Virus record (IMG/VR): IMGVR_UViG_3300022752_003639 | Coordinates: 74,458 to 138,457 of that record | Reading direction: 5' to 3' (one strand) | Origin: a virus | DNA: 64,000 nt | In this document: positions 15,754 through 25,596 of the stretch, in pieces | Position numbering within the stretch: the first letter of the stretch is position 1 | How the letters are laid out: every line of letters starts with the position of its first letter | The notes under the pieces: model-generated | What the model was told of the DNA's origin: nothing | Database searches by the model: none | The model's input: only the letters and a program-made list of their open reading frames with translations | Translations under genes and position numbers: made by a program

Positions 15754-15922
15754 AAATGTTTTTGAAACTATCCTTAGTAAGTACAACTCTAAATCCTTAA
15801 ATGAAATTAGATACGAATTGTATGAGGATATAGTAGAAGAATGTGCAAGATCAGTGGAACATATACGTGTATGGGACAGTAATCTAGGTGATCATATTCG
15901 AAGTAAGATGGGAACTTTATGA
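15740..15922 (+). CDS. Hypothetical protein
   Basis: 60-aa coupled ORF. Confidence 0.5.
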   Translation: MMTNKNVFETILSKYNSKSLNEIRYELYEDIVEECARSVEHIRVWDSNLGDHIRSKMGTL

Positions 15923-16935
15923 GAATAGAAGAGGATATCAAGTTAGACTTTAGGGATGTTCTGATTCGTCCCAAACGTAGCACACTAGGCAGTCGTCGTG
16001 ATGTAGATCTAATAAGATTTTACAAATTTAAGCATAGTAGATATGAATATGAAGGCATACCTATTATGGCTGCTAATATGGACGGCGTGGGCACAATGGC
16101 AATGGCACTAGCTTTAGGTCGGCATAGACTGTTCACCTGTCTTATCAAAACATATAATAAAGACATAGAAAACTTTGCTGAATTTAGAGTATGTAAGGAT
16201 CATTATGCCGTAAGCACAGGTACCAGTTATGAAGACTTTCGTAACTTAAACACCATTGTAACAGGCATCGGCGCTCAATTTATCTGTATAGATGTGGCTA
16301 ATGGCTACAGTGAAAACTTTGGTGACTTTGTTGAAGAAGTAAGAAATCGTTGGCCAGACAAAACTATTATTGCTGGTAATGTTGTTACTGGTGATATGAC
16401 ACAGGAGTTAATTTTACGTGGAGCAGATATCGTTAAAGTTGGTATTGGTCCTGGCAGTGTATGTACTACTCGTGTACAAACTGGTGTTGGTTATCCTCAA
16501 CTCAGTGCAATCATCGAGTGTGCCGATGCGGCTCACGGTCTCGGTGGGCACATTATTGCTGACGGTGGCTGCACTTGCCCCGGAGACGTTGCAAAGGCTT
16601 TTGGTGCTGGCGCAGACTTTGTGATGCTAGGCGGTATGCTGGCTGGACACGATGAAGGTGGTGGCACTGTGGAAAACGGAAAGGTGACCTTCTATGGTAT
16701 GAGTAGTGATACCGCTATGGAACGTCATCACGGAGGCGTAGCAGAATATCGTAGTTCAGAAGGACGTACAGTGAATATTCCATATCGTGGTCCTGTAACA
16801 AAGACTGTACTAGACATTTTAGGTGGGCTGCGTAGTGCCTGTACCTATGTTGGAGCAGAAACTCTTAAACAACTGCCTAAATGCACAACATTTATTAGGG
16901 TCAATAGACAAATTAATGATGTTTTTATTAAGTAA
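15919..16935 (+). CDS. guaC: GMP reductase
   Basis: [46 protein letters not shown] and FYGMSS; lacks CBS domains. Confidence 0.95.
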   Translation: MRIEEDIKLDFRDVLIRPKRSTLGSRRDVDLIRFYKFKHSRYEYEGIPIMAANMDGVGTMAMALALGRHRLFTCLIKTYNKDIENFAEFRVCKDHYAVSTGTSYEDFRNLNTIVTGIGAQFICIDVANGYSENFGDFVEEVRNRWPDKTIIAGNVVTGDMTQELILRGADIVKVGIGPGSVCTTRVQTGVGYPQLSAIIECADAAHGLGGHIIADGGCTCPGDVAKAFGAGADFVMLGGMLAGHDEGGGTVENGKVTFYGMSSDTAMERHHGGVAEYRSSEGRTVNIPYRGPVTKTVLDILGGLRSACTYVGAETLKQLPKCTTFIRVNRQINDVFIK

Positions 16936-17803
16936 CTGTTAGTAGGTTTTTATCTTTATCACTTACACAGTAGACCATTCCGCACTTGTGTAGTTCAACA
17001 GGATATGCGAATGTTGAATTCCAAATATTACCTAAAGGGCGATTCCCACATTCACTTCCTGATGCCCATCCAGTTTCTTGAATATAGATAGTATCTATGC
17101 CTGCACTACATAATTGACCTGTATAACTAGGATTTTTTATTTGTAAAATTTCAATTTTTTCATTAAATGTTTTTTTTGACATTTCTTTTTTTTCTTCCAA
17201 TACAGACTTACCTAATAATTTTATAATTTGTGCATCGGTATATGGTATCCACCCTAACGCTTGTTCTCCGTTTTTGTACAAAAGTTGTTTATTAACAATT
17301 ATGTTAAACTCATTCTGAATACGCTCTAAACGATACAAATCGTTATCGAAATAATCAGGTCTTATCGGAACATTTACAACAATATTTTTTTTATTTTTTT
17401 GAAACGCCTCTATAATAAACTTGATAAGATTATAATTTTGCCAGTAATGAAAAGTTAAATGTAGTTTGTCAACATGAGGTTCAATAGCCCACCAATCTAA
17501 CCACATTTTACCGCCATTGGTAATTAATTCAATATTTCCATTATTATCTTTACATATTTTTAAAATTTCTGGAAAATCGTGAAACTCCAATGGTTCGCCT
17601 CCATCAAATGTCCAATCGATAAGTCTACCTAAATTGCTGAAATGTGTAATTGTATATGATACAAATTTTTTGTATTCTTCTACAGATCTAGGTTCTTCAC
17701 CACCCCAATACTTGGTAGGACAATATGAACATCCTCCAGAGCAGTAATTATGTAATGCCCACCAAATCTTAGTTCTTTTTAATTCTCTTCTTGCGATATT
17801 CAT
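16928..17803 (-). CDS. Radical SAM protein with C-terminal Cys-rich (SPASM/twitch-like) region
   Basis: CSGGCSYC (CxxxCxxC), GGEP, ITNG and C-terminal Cys residues. It is the only minus-strand gene in the + block. Confidence 0.88.
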   Translation of the reverse strand: MNIARRELKRTKIWWALHNYCSGGCSYCPTKYWGGEEPRSVEEYKKFVSYTITHFSNLGRLIDWTFDGGEPLEFHDFPEILKICKDNNGNIELITNGGKMWLDWWAIEPHVDKLHLTFHYWQNYNLIKFIIEAFQKNKKNIVVNVPIRPDYFDNDLYRLERIQNEFNIIVNKQLLYKNGEQALGWIPYTDAQIIKLLGKSVLEEKKEMSKKTFNEKIEILQIKNPSYTGQLCSAGIDTIYIQETGWASGSECGNRPLGNIWNSTFAYPVELHKCGMVYCVSDKDKNLLTVT

Positions 17804-17804
17804 G

Positions 17805-17833
17805 TTGACAAACTCTAAATAAACATATATAAT
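17805..17833 (+). promoter_or_regulatory. sigma70 promoter for queE
   Basis: Perfect TTGACA-17 bp-TATAAT. Confidence 0.85.
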
Positions 17834-17874
17834 ATATTTAAACTAATTAGGATTTTAACAACAGTGAGAAAAAA

Positions 17875-18741
17875 ATGAGTAAACTTAAAGTATCAGAACT
17901 TTTTTACAGTGTGCAAGGTGAAGGAAGATACATGGGTGTTCCCAGTGTGTTCCTTCGTGTATTTGGTTGTAATTTTACATGCGACGGATTTGGAATGCCA
18001 AAAGGAGAAAAATCCAATGAACGACATATTATCGCCGAAAATATTTCAAGCATTACACAATACAGAGATCTACCTTTGGTTCATACAGGGTGCGATTCTT
18101 ATGCTAGTTGGGATCCTAAGTTTAAGGATCTTAGTCCTGTGCTCGAAACAGATAGTATTGTGGACACAATCATGGATATGCTCCCTCACAAAGAATGGAG
18201 GAAAGAACACCTAGTTATAACAGGAGGAGAACCACTTCTAGGTTGGCAGCGTAGTTATCCTGACTTACTTAATCATCCTAAAATGAAAGGACTTACAGAA
18301 ATAACGTTTGAAACAAACGGGACTCAAGAAATTTCACGGAATTTTAGTGAATATCTTAATGATTGGCTAGCGCCAGATGATCAAACACAATTCGAAAACT
18401 GGAGAGAATTAACCTTTTCAGTAAGTCCTAAATTATCAGTTTCTGGAGAACGTTGGGAAGATGCCATAAAACCAGATATCGTAGTTTATTATGAATCATT
18501 TGGCTATACATACTTAAAATTTGTAGTAGCAAGTAACGAAGATGTAGCAGAAGCAGAAGATGCGGTAAACGAGTATAGAAAGGCTGGATTTAAAGGACCA
18601 GTTTACATAATGCCATTAGGCGGTGTTGAATCAGTATATAGCTTAAATAATAAAAATGTAGCACTCATGGCTATGAAAAAAGGATGGCGTTATAGTGATA
18701 GGCTTCAGGTGCCGCTCTTTAAGAACGCATGGTCGACATGA
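17875..18741 (+). CDS. queE: 7-carboxy-7-deazaguanine synthase
   Basis: ELFYSVQGEG, VFLRVFGCNFTC...CD (long insert between cluster Cys residues), ITGGEP, ETNG and SVSPK. Confidence 0.93.
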   Translation: MSKLKVSELFYSVQGEGRYMGVPSVFLRVFGCNFTCDGFGMPKGEKSNERHIIAENISSITQYRDLPLVHTGCDSYASWDPKFKDLSPVLETDSIVDTIMDMLPHKEWRKEHLVITGGEPLLGWQRSYPDLLNHPKMKGLTEITFETNGTQEISRNFSEYLNDWLAPDDQTQFENWRELTFSVSPKLSVSGERWEDAIKPDIVVYYESFGYTYLKFVVASNEDVAEAEDAVNEYRKAGFKGPVYIMPLGGVESVYSLNNKNVALMAMKKGWRYSDRLQVPLFKNAWST

Positions 18742-18986
18742 CACAACCGTTAGATATTCCAGAATTTGTCAAAATATATTTCCTTGTAAAACAGGATGGT
18801 ATGATGTTTTCCCCTACAGGTAATTCAGGAGGAAATTATTTAGGCACTGGATTTTATTTGACAAGAACAGAAGCAGAACATACTAGAACAATGGAATACC
18901 TAAGAGAAACTGATTCTAAAACAAAGGTTCATATATTTGAATTAGATGTTCCCAACCCGGCGTATAAACATGAAAAATCTACTTAA
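18738..18986 (+). CDS. Hypothetical protein
   Basis: ATGA overlap with the queE stop. Confidence 0.55.
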   Translation: MTQPLDIPEFVKIYFLVKQDGMMFSPTGNSGGNYLGTGFYLTRTEAEHTRTMEYLRETDSKTKVHIFELDVPNPAYKHEKST

Positions 18987-19365
18987 AAAAATATTCGGCA
19001 TAACCGAAATGGAAAATGCCATTAAAGAAACCAGAGCCGCCGCAGAAGCAGCAGAAGTTAAATCAGATTTAACTCCGAAAGATCTAGCTACTCAAAACAA
19101 GGAACCCTGGGTAACTGTTATTAATACCCATGTAAATAAAGAAAATATTAGAAATGGTTTTTTTGAACTTGACTGGAATGAATATTTTGTGCTACAATTA
19201 AGGACTGCGGGATTTCGTGGCGACACCGACGAAGACATTGTAAATCAATGGTTTACAGAACTTTGTAAAAATGTAGCCGCAGAAGAAGGTATAGACATGA
19301 GCCGTAGAAATACAGGCTATATAAACGTAAACAATATTGGGAACGGACGTTCAGAGGTTAGCTAA
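18970..19365 (+). CDS. Conserved hypothetical phage protein
   Basis: Start reassigned to ATG 18970; contains GFFELDWNEYF. Confidence 0.6.
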   Translation: MKNLLKKIFGITEMENAIKETRAAAEAAEVKSDLTPKDLATQNKEPWVTVINTHVNKENIRNGFFELDWNEYFVLQLRTAGFRGDTDEDIVNQWFTELCKNVAAEEGIDMSRRNTGYINVNNIGNGRSEVS

Positions 19366-20357
19366 TGGCCAAAACATATCTACTGATTGATACTGCTAAT
19401 GTTTTTTTTAGAGCAAGGCATGTCATGCGTGGCAACTTAGAGGATAAGATAGGACTTAGTATTCATACGGTACTAAGTAGTGTTAGGAAAGCATGGAGAG
19501 ATTTTAATGGCGATCATGTTGTATTCTGCTTAGAAGGTAGATCATGGCGCAAAGACCATTATGAACCTTACAAACGACAACGTACCGAAGCTCGCGCGGC
19601 ATTGAGCCCTAGAGAAGCAGAAGAAGAAAAAATCTTCTGGGAAACATTTGATCAGTTTAAAGAATTTGTAATTAATAAAACAAATTCGACTGTATTGCAT
19701 CATCCACAATTAGAAGCGGACGATCTTATTGCGGGCTGGATTGATTTACATCCTAAAGATAATCATGTAATTATTTCTACCGATGGGGACTTCGCACAAC
19801 TTATCTCTCCAAATGTCAAACAATATAACGGCGTGATGGAGGTCACTACTACCCACTTAGGGTATTTCGATTCCAAAGGCAAACCAGTCACAGATAAAAA
19901 AACAAAGTTACCTAAAGATCCGCCTGACCCGCAATGGTTATTATTTGAAAAATGTATGAGGGGAGATACTTCAGACAACATTTTTAGTGCTTATCCTGGG
20001 GTACGAGAAAAAGGAACAAAAAATAAAGTTGGTCTAAGAGAAGCATTTGCAGATAGAAACTCAAAAGGATATAACTGGAATAATCTCATGTTACAAAGAT
20101 GGGTTGACCATGAAGGAAAAGAACATCGTGTGTTAGATGACTATACAAGAAATAAACTGTTGTGTGATTTGAGAGGACAACCAGAAGAAATAAGAAATCT
20201 TATTTTTGATGTAATAAATGAATACATAAACCAAAATAAAGATGTTCCACAGGTCGGAATTAGACTTCTGAAATTTTGTTCTACTTTTGATTTACAAAAA
20301 ATTACAGATCAAATTCAAAGTTATTCTGAACCATTAAATTCAAGGTATATTGTATGA
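19365..20357 (+). CDS. rnh: 5'-3' exonuclease / T4 RNase H-like (FEN family)
   Basis: LLIDTAN, EADDLIA, STDGDFAQL and GDTSDNI. Confidence 0.9.
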   Translation: MAKTYLLIDTANVFFRARHVMRGNLEDKIGLSIHTVLSSVRKAWRDFNGDHVVFCLEGRSWRKDHYEPYKRQRTEARAALSPREAEEEKIFWETFDQFKEFVINKTNSTVLHHPQLEADDLIAGWIDLHPKDNHVIISTDGDFAQLISPNVKQYNGVMEVTTTHLGYFDSKGKPVTDKKTKLPKDPPDPQWLLFEKCMRGDTSDNIFSAYPGVREKGTKNKVGLREAFADRNSKGYNWNNLMLQRWVDHEGKEHRVLDDYTRNKLLCDLRGQPEEIRNLIFDVINEYINQNKDVPQVGIRLLKFCSTFDLQKITDQIQSYSEPLNSRYIV

Positions 20358-20830
20358 ATGCTGTTAGTAAAACTTTAATTCCAAATCAAGAATGGATCAT
20401 AGAAGATCATGGAAAAAAAATAGGTTCTGTTTATAAAAAGAAAAAATCCTATTATTTTATTAGGAAAGGTAAAACAATTAGTTTTCCTAATTTAGATGAG
20501 ATAAAAAATAAATTAGGAGTTTCAATTTCTGAAAACACAGCTTCTAAGAAAAATAATAACGATGACAATACATATTCAATTTATGATTATCCATGTGGAG
20601 TAAAACCATATAACACTTTATATAATATAAAAGAAAAATTGCCATTGTTTTCTAAGAGCTCTAAAAGCCAAAGTTTGTATTGTGCAGGTTACTATGTTAT
20701 TAAATTTCGTAAAGGTTGGGTTAAAAGTTTCTGTCCAAAATTAATTACTTTAGAAAGATATCCTTATTACGGACCATTTAAACATGAACAGGAAATGAAA
20801 CAAATGTTATCTACCTTAAATAAATCATGA
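20354..20830 (+). CDS. Conserved hypothetical protein
   Basis: Coupled ORF, 158 aa. Confidence 0.6.
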   Translation: MNAVSKTLIPNQEWIIEDHGKKIGSVYKKKKSYYFIRKGKTISFPNLDEIKNKLGVSISENTASKKNNNDDNTYSIYDYPCGVKPYNTLYNIKEKLPLFSKSSKSQSLYCAGYYVIKFRKGWVKSFCPKLITLERYPYYGPFKHEQEMKQMLSTLNKS

Positions 20831-21045
20831 AACAATTAAACACTATACCTATTGAAAATTTTTTAAATAAAGCTCGATTAGCAGTGAAAAGCAGTCAAAG
20901 AAACTTAACTTTGCCAATAGAAGAAGTAACGGAATTGTCAAATAGTCTAAGCGTAGTAATGACTAGGTTGGCAGGTGAATTAGATCAAATTAAAGAATCT
21001 AATAACCAACCTATACAAATTAGAGTAGATGGTGGCAAATTCTAA
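20827..21045 (+). CDS. Hypothetical protein
   Basis: Coupled ORF, 72 aa. Confidence 0.55.
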   Translation: MKQLNTIPIENFLNKARLAVKSSQRNLTLPIEEVTELSNSLSVVMTRLAGELDQIKESNNQPIQIRVDGGKF

Positions 21046-21052
21046 ATTGTAA

Positions 21053-21059
21053 ATAAATA
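21053..21059 (+). promoter_or_regulatory. Late-type promoter motif ATAAATA
   Basis: Intergenic, about 30 nt before ATG 21089. Confidence 0.45.
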
Positions 21060-21088
21060 TATACGCATTTTAATAGTGCTTATATATT

Positions 21089-21388
21089 ATGTCCAGACCT
21101 AAACCACAAATATTATTAGAGTATACAAATAAAAAAAATTTTAAAACAGAACAAGTTTTAGAATCTCAAGCTATTTGGGCTGTATTCTACAAAGATAAAC
21201 CAATAAATTTAAAAACTGTGGGATATTTAGGACAATCTCTTGGTCCTAAATATAAAAAAGTAAGTTTTTCAAATAGTGGACATGCTTTTAATCTTGCAGA
21301 AAAATTAAACAAAATGTTTAATACGACTGACTTCACCGTTTTCAAATTAACCACAGGTGAAAAAGTTACTGATGAATCCGAAAATTGA
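21089..21388 (+). CDS. Conserved hypothetical protein (MSRPKP...)
   Basis: 99-aa ORF. Confidence 0.6.
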   Translation: MSRPKPQILLEYTNKKNFKTEQVLESQAIWAVFYKDKPINLKTVGYLGQSLGPKYKKVSFSNSGHAFNLAEKLNKMFNTTDFTVFKLTTGEKVTDESEN

Positions 21389-21767
21389 ATTAACCAAGTA
21401 CGCATTAGATACTTTAGAACTTCCTTATAATCAAAAAACGTTTAGAAAATACATGCACCTATGGTGGTGGAACACCAGGAACAAACAAAAAGGTGGATGG
21501 CGCCTTACCGAACTTGGATTTATGCATCTAAACGGGCCTATAAAATCCTACGAAATTAAATTTGACGAAGCTCCATTTTTAACCAATGAATTGATAATTT
21601 GGATTGACCAGAATATAGATTGTCCATTTTATATTCATGGAAAAAGAATCTGGGTATTCTGTGAAAAAATGGCCGTTCAATTAGTGTTGTTTTCTGGCAA
21701 CATAGAAAAATTCCATAGAGCATATAAAAAGTCTAAAATCTCAGAAAACTCATTGACAGCAACATAG
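21372..21767 (+). CDS. Hypothetical protein
   Basis: Start reassigned to ATG 21372. Confidence 0.55.
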   Translation: MNPKIELTKYALDTLELPYNQKTFRKYMHLWWWNTRNKQKGGWRLTELGFMHLNGPIKSYEIKFDEAPFLTNELIIWIDQNIDCPFYIHGKRIWVFCEKMAVQLVLFSGNIEKFHRAYKKSKISENSLTAT

Positions 21768-21781
21768 ATTTTTCATATAAT
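21753..21781 (+). promoter_or_regulatory. sigma70 promoter
   Basis: Perfect TTGACA-17 bp-TATAAT. Confidence 0.85.
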
Positions 21782-21825
21782 AATACTGTAGCAACTAAAA
21801 CAAATTTTTTTCTTAAGAGAGTAAT

Positions 21826-22908
21826 ATGGCAAAAGAGATTTTAGCTAATCGCACTGTTACGCCAAATGAAGCCAAAGCGGCTATTCGTAAGGCAATTAAA
21901 AAGCAACGTCCAATTTTTATGTGGGGTCCTCCGGGTATTGGTAAGTCAGATATTGTTAAGCAAATCGGTGCTGAACAAGATCGTGAGGTCATTGATGTTC
22001 GTTTGAGCCTTTGGGAGCCCACTGATATCAAAGGTATTCCGTATTATAATAGTCAAGCCAACACTATGACTTGGGCTCCTCCCGCTGAACTCCCCTCTGA
22101 CCCAGATAGTAAAGCTATCTTGTTTTTAGATGAGCTCAACTCTGCTGCTCCGGCAACTCAGGCTGCGGCTTATCAGCTCATTCTTAATCGTCGTGTTGGC
22201 ACTTATCGTTTGCCTGATGGCGTAGACATTGTGGCGGCTGGCAATCGTGAGGCTGACAAGGGTGTTACTTACCGTATGCCTGCTCCATTGGCTAATCGCT
22301 TTGTTCATATTGAACTTCGTGTAGACTTTGAAGATTGGCATCAGTGGGCTGTTATGAACCGTGTCCATGAACAGGTTGTAGGATATGTTGGCTTTGCCAA
22401 ACAGGATCTCTACGATTTCGATCCAAAATCTTCCAGTCGTGCATTTGCCACACCCCGTTCTTGGACTTTTGTTAGTGAACTTTTGGAAGATGATGATGTT
22501 AGCGAAAGCACACTTACAGATCTAGTATCTGGTGCTGTAGGTGAAGGTCTCGCTGTTAAATTTATGGCACACCGTAAAGTTGCCAAACAGATGCCTAAGC
22601 CCGAAGATATTTTGACAGGCAAGGTTAAAAAGTTTGACATCAAGGAAATCTCTGCAATGTACTCATTAACAATCAGTTTGTGCTATGAGCTTCAAGAAGC
22701 CAGTAATAAAAAAGTAAAAGACTGGGATTCTATGGCAGATTACTTTTTTGGATTTATGATGGATAATTTTCCAACTGAGTTAGTTGTTATGGGTGCCAAA
22801 GTTGCGCTCACCAATTATGCTTTACCGTTCGACGCAAGCAAACTTAAAAACTTTGATAAGTTCCATGACAAGTATGGAAAGTATATTATCCAGGCTATGG
22901 AAGGATAG
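21826..22908 (+). CDS. MoxR-like AAA+ ATPase
   Basis: Walker A GPPGIGKS, Walker B LFLDE, AAGN, LANRF and TPRSW. Confidence 0.92.
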   Translation: MAKEILANRTVTPNEAKAAIRKAIKKQRPIFMWGPPGIGKSDIVKQIGAEQDREVIDVRLSLWEPTDIKGIPYYNSQANTMTWAPPAELPSDPDSKAILFLDELNSAAPATQAAAYQLILNRRVGTYRLPDGVDIVAAGNREADKGVTYRMPAPLANRFVHIELRVDFEDWHQWAVMNRVHEQVVGYVGFAKQDLYDFDPKSSSRAFATPRSWTFVSELLEDDDVSESTLTDLVSGAVGEGLAVKFMAHRKVAKQMPKPEDILTGKVKKFDIKEISAMYSLTISLCYELQEASNKKVKDWDSMADYFFGFMMDNFPTELVVMGAKVALTNYALPFDASKLKNFDKFHDKYGKYIIQAMEG

Positions 22909-22909
22909 T

Positions 22910-22933
22910 AAAAGGGCCCTTAGGGCCCTTTTT
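22910..22933 (+). terminator. Intrinsic terminator (symmetrical)
   Basis: AAAAGGGCCC-TTA-GGGCCCTTTTT immediately after the TAG stop. Confidence 0.88.
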
Positions 22934-22935
22934 AA

Positions 22936-22964
22936 TTGACAAAGTGTTAATTAGGCTATATAAT
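22936..22964 (+). promoter_or_regulatory. sigma70 promoter
   Basis: Perfect TTGACA-17 bp-TATAAT directly after the terminator. Confidence 0.85.
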
Positions 22965-22990
22965 AGTATATTACATTGTTAGGAGTAATT

Positions 22991-24244
22991 ATGTCATCAG
23001 TTATGAAATCAGAGCGCCAAAAAAAACCCAATTGGACAAACAAAGAATTCTCTAAACATGAAAAAGATAAAATTTTAGACAAGCTAGTAACAGCTCGTGT
23101 TGGCTTACTGCTACGTCATCCGTTTTTTGGCAATCTTTCTACCAGAATGAAATTAGTCGAAGCTAGTGAATGGTGCCAAACACTTGCCACCGACGGTAGA
23201 AACTTTTACTTTAATCTTGGATTTGTGGATAAGCTCAGCCCTAAAGAGTGTGAGTTTGGCTTTGCACACGAGGTTTTACATAATGTATTTGACCATTTAG
23301 GCAGACGAGAAGGTAGAGATCCTATCCTAAGTAATATTGCCGCAGACTACGCAGTTAACCAAATTCTTAAAGATGAGAAAATAGGTGTGGCACCTAGCTG
23401 GATTAAAATTTTCCAAGATAACAAATACCGTGGCAAGTCTTATGAAGAGATTTACAATGACATCTACGAACAAGCCAAAAAGATTAATGTAGGTGATCTA
23501 GGCGAGTTATTAGATGAACATCTAGATGGTGACGGAGACGGAGAGGGAGAAGGTGATGAAAACGGTAAAGGTCGTCCCAAACTTACTCCAGAAGAGCGCA
23601 AGGCTATTCGTGACGAGATTAAAGAGGCAATGGTAGCTGCCGCACAGAGTGCCGGTGCAGGCAAGGTTCCAGCAGGAATCGCACGGTTTATTAGTGAATT
23701 TACAGAACCTAAAATGGACTGGCGTCAACTTTTGAGAATGAATATTCAAAGTCTCCTCAAAAGTAATTTTAGTTTTGCCCGTCCTAATCGCAAAAGCCAA
23801 CACTCAGGTGCCATCCTTCCTGGAATGACCAATCATGAAACCATAGATATCTGTGCAGGTATAGATATGAGTGGTAGTATTAGTAATGCTATGGCTCAAG
23901 ATTTTATTAGTGAAATCAAAGGTATCATGGATGAATACATAGATTTTAAAATACGTCTATGGTGTTTTGACACTGAAGTTTATAGTTATGCAGAGTTCAC
24001 AGGAGATAATATTGACGAGATTAGCTCTTATGAATGCAAAGGCGGAGGTGGTACTGATTTTGAAGCAAACTTTATATATATGAAGGATAATGACATAAAT
24101 CCAAAAAAGTTTGTAGTTTTTACGGATGGTTATCCTAATGGATCTTGGGGCGACGAAGACTACTGTGACACATTGTTTATTATCCATGGTAACGAAAATA
24201 TTGTTGCTCCATTTGGACAGACTGCCTATTACAAATCTGTATGA
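22991..24244 (+). CDS. HExxH metallopeptidase-like plus vWA domain protein (DUF2201-like), MoxR partner
   Basis: AHEVLH; MIDAS DMSGS, GGGGTDF and FTDG. SD AGGAG precedes ATG 22991. Confidence 0.88.
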   Translation: MSSVMKSERQKKPNWTNKEFSKHEKDKILDKLVTARVGLLLRHPFFGNLSTRMKLVEASEWCQTLATDGRNFYFNLGFVDKLSPKECEFGFAHEVLHNVFDHLGRREGRDPILSNIAADYAVNQILKDEKIGVAPSWIKIFQDNKYRGKSYEEIYNDIYEQAKKINVGDLGELLDEHLDGDGDGEGEGDENGKGRPKLTPEERKAIRDEIKEAMVAAAQSAGAGKVPAGIARFISEFTEPKMDWRQLLRMNIQSLLKSNFSFARPNRKSQHSGAILPGMTNHETIDICAGIDMSGSISNAMAQDFISEIKGIMDEYIDFKIRLWCFDTEVYSYAEFTGDNIDEISSYECKGGGGTDFEANFIYMKDNDINPKKFVVFTDGYPNGSWGDEDYCDTLFIIHGNENIVAPFGQTAYYKSV

Positions 24245-24528
24245 CTATTAAGAGGGGAGAAGTAAATCCGCTAGGTCTTTTGGGATTAAGGAAATTAACC
24301 TTTATCCCAGACCATTTTGCAAAAGTTACGATCGAAAATAGAATAGAAACCAAATCTGTAGAGAGATGGATTGAATCAAACTTAAATAGTAGATATGCTA
24401 TAAAATCCAAAATTACATTGAATAACGAAAACAAATTTATTATCGTATTAGAAATAGGACTAGAAGATCCAAAAGAAATTTCAATGTTATCTTTAGGATG
24501 CCAATATCTATATAAAGAAAGGACATGA
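24241..24528 (+). CDS. Hypothetical protein
   Basis: Coupled ORF. Confidence 0.6.
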   Translation: MTIKRGEVNPLGLLGLRKLTFIPDHFAKVTIENRIETKSVERWIESNLNSRYAIKSKITLNNENKFIIVLEIGLEDPKEISMLSLGCQYLYKERT

Positions 24529-24773
24529 TAATGGAAGATCAATTTAATACTAATGGTCAAGAGGGTGAAGTAACAACTGATTCAAATAATGAAGGGCAAA
24601 ATCAGATGCCTGAATTGACTATAAACGATTTAATTAATTGTAGAACAATCATAGATGTTGCTGTAAAAAGAGGAACATTTAGTGCTTCAGAAGTTGCCGG
24701 AGTAGGTGGTTTATACAATAAATTAGATCAGTTTATTGCGGCTACTACACCTGCAGAAAATAAGGATAACTAA
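24525..24773 (+). CDS. Hypothetical protein
   Basis: Coupled ORF. Confidence 0.6.
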   Translation: MIMEDQFNTNGQEGEVTTDSNNEGQNQMPELTINDLINCRTIIDVAVKRGTFSASEVAGVGGLYNKLDQFIAATTPAENKDN

Positions 24774-25417
24774 TGAAACATGTAGGAAAAATGAAGAATA
24801 ACTCTGCTAGAATAGCAGTTGTTTATAGAACTGTTCCAAATGAAGCAACTAATTGCCTTGTTGTAGGGACAAATGGTTTGCCAGATGCATATCACGACTC
24901 GTTAATGAGTGTGATTGAAAGTGACAGCGGCCAACAAGCCAACGAGTTAGCAGACATTTTGGCAACAAGACGATTTCCGGATGGCGAAGTCATGCTAAAC
25001 TGGTTACATACAAGAGGACATCTTAAGAAGGTTCCTACTAACCTTGTATTAATGACACCAAATTCTCAAACACAAGTTCCTTTGAATGAACTCAACAAAA
25101 TTATTGCTGAACAAAAAGGAGTAAGTATAGAGGACCTAAGCGTAACAGATGGAAGTCAAAAGAAAACTACTTCACGAAATAAAGAAGAAATAATTGTTCC
25201 TCCATCAGATGATCCTTCATATAAGAAAATGGTAGATGAAGCACCATATCATCCTGGATACGAAAGTGCTGTTGTAGATAACAAACCAGTAACTGCTTCA
25301 GATTTAAGGTCTATGGCAGATAAATTATTTAAAGAAGCACAGGCATTACGGAAAAAAGCCGAAGAACTAGAGCCAAGTAAAAAGAAATCTAGCTCTGAAA
25401 AGGTTAAAGCAGAATGA
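24773..25417 (+). CDS. Conserved hypothetical protein
   Basis: 214 aa; TAATG coupling. Confidence 0.65.
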   Translation: MKHVGKMKNNSARIAVVYRTVPNEATNCLVVGTNGLPDAYHDSLMSVIESDSGQQANELADILATRRFPDGEVMLNWLHTRGHLKKVPTNLVLMTPNSQTQVPLNELNKIIAEQKGVSIEDLSVTDGSQKKTTSRNKEEIIVPPSDDPSYKKMVDEAPYHPGYESAVVDNKPVTASDLRSMADKLFKEAQALRKKAEELEPSKKKSSSEKVKAE

Positions 25418-25596
25418 ATTTCCAGATAGGAGATTACGTTGAAAAGGTTTCTGGTTACAAATGGCCTGGCGTGGTAATAGCTGTATTCGATACCTTATCC
25501 GGTGAGCGAAGAGTAGTTGTAGAATGCACCGTGCCAGAAGTGAAAGGAGCACTTCATATCTACAATGAGCAACAACTAACCTTAAAAAATCAATAA
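25414..25596 (+). CDS. dfrB: R67/DfrB-like (type II, SH3-fold) dihydrofolate reductase homologue
   Basis: FQIGDYVEKVSGYKWPGVVI...VE...GALHIY aligns with R67 [20 protein letters not shown]...VE...GSVQIY. Its stop overlaps the thyA start. Confidence 0.8.
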   Translation: MNFQIGDYVEKVSGYKWPGVVIAVFDTLSGERRVVVECTVPEVKGALHIYNEQQLTLKNQ

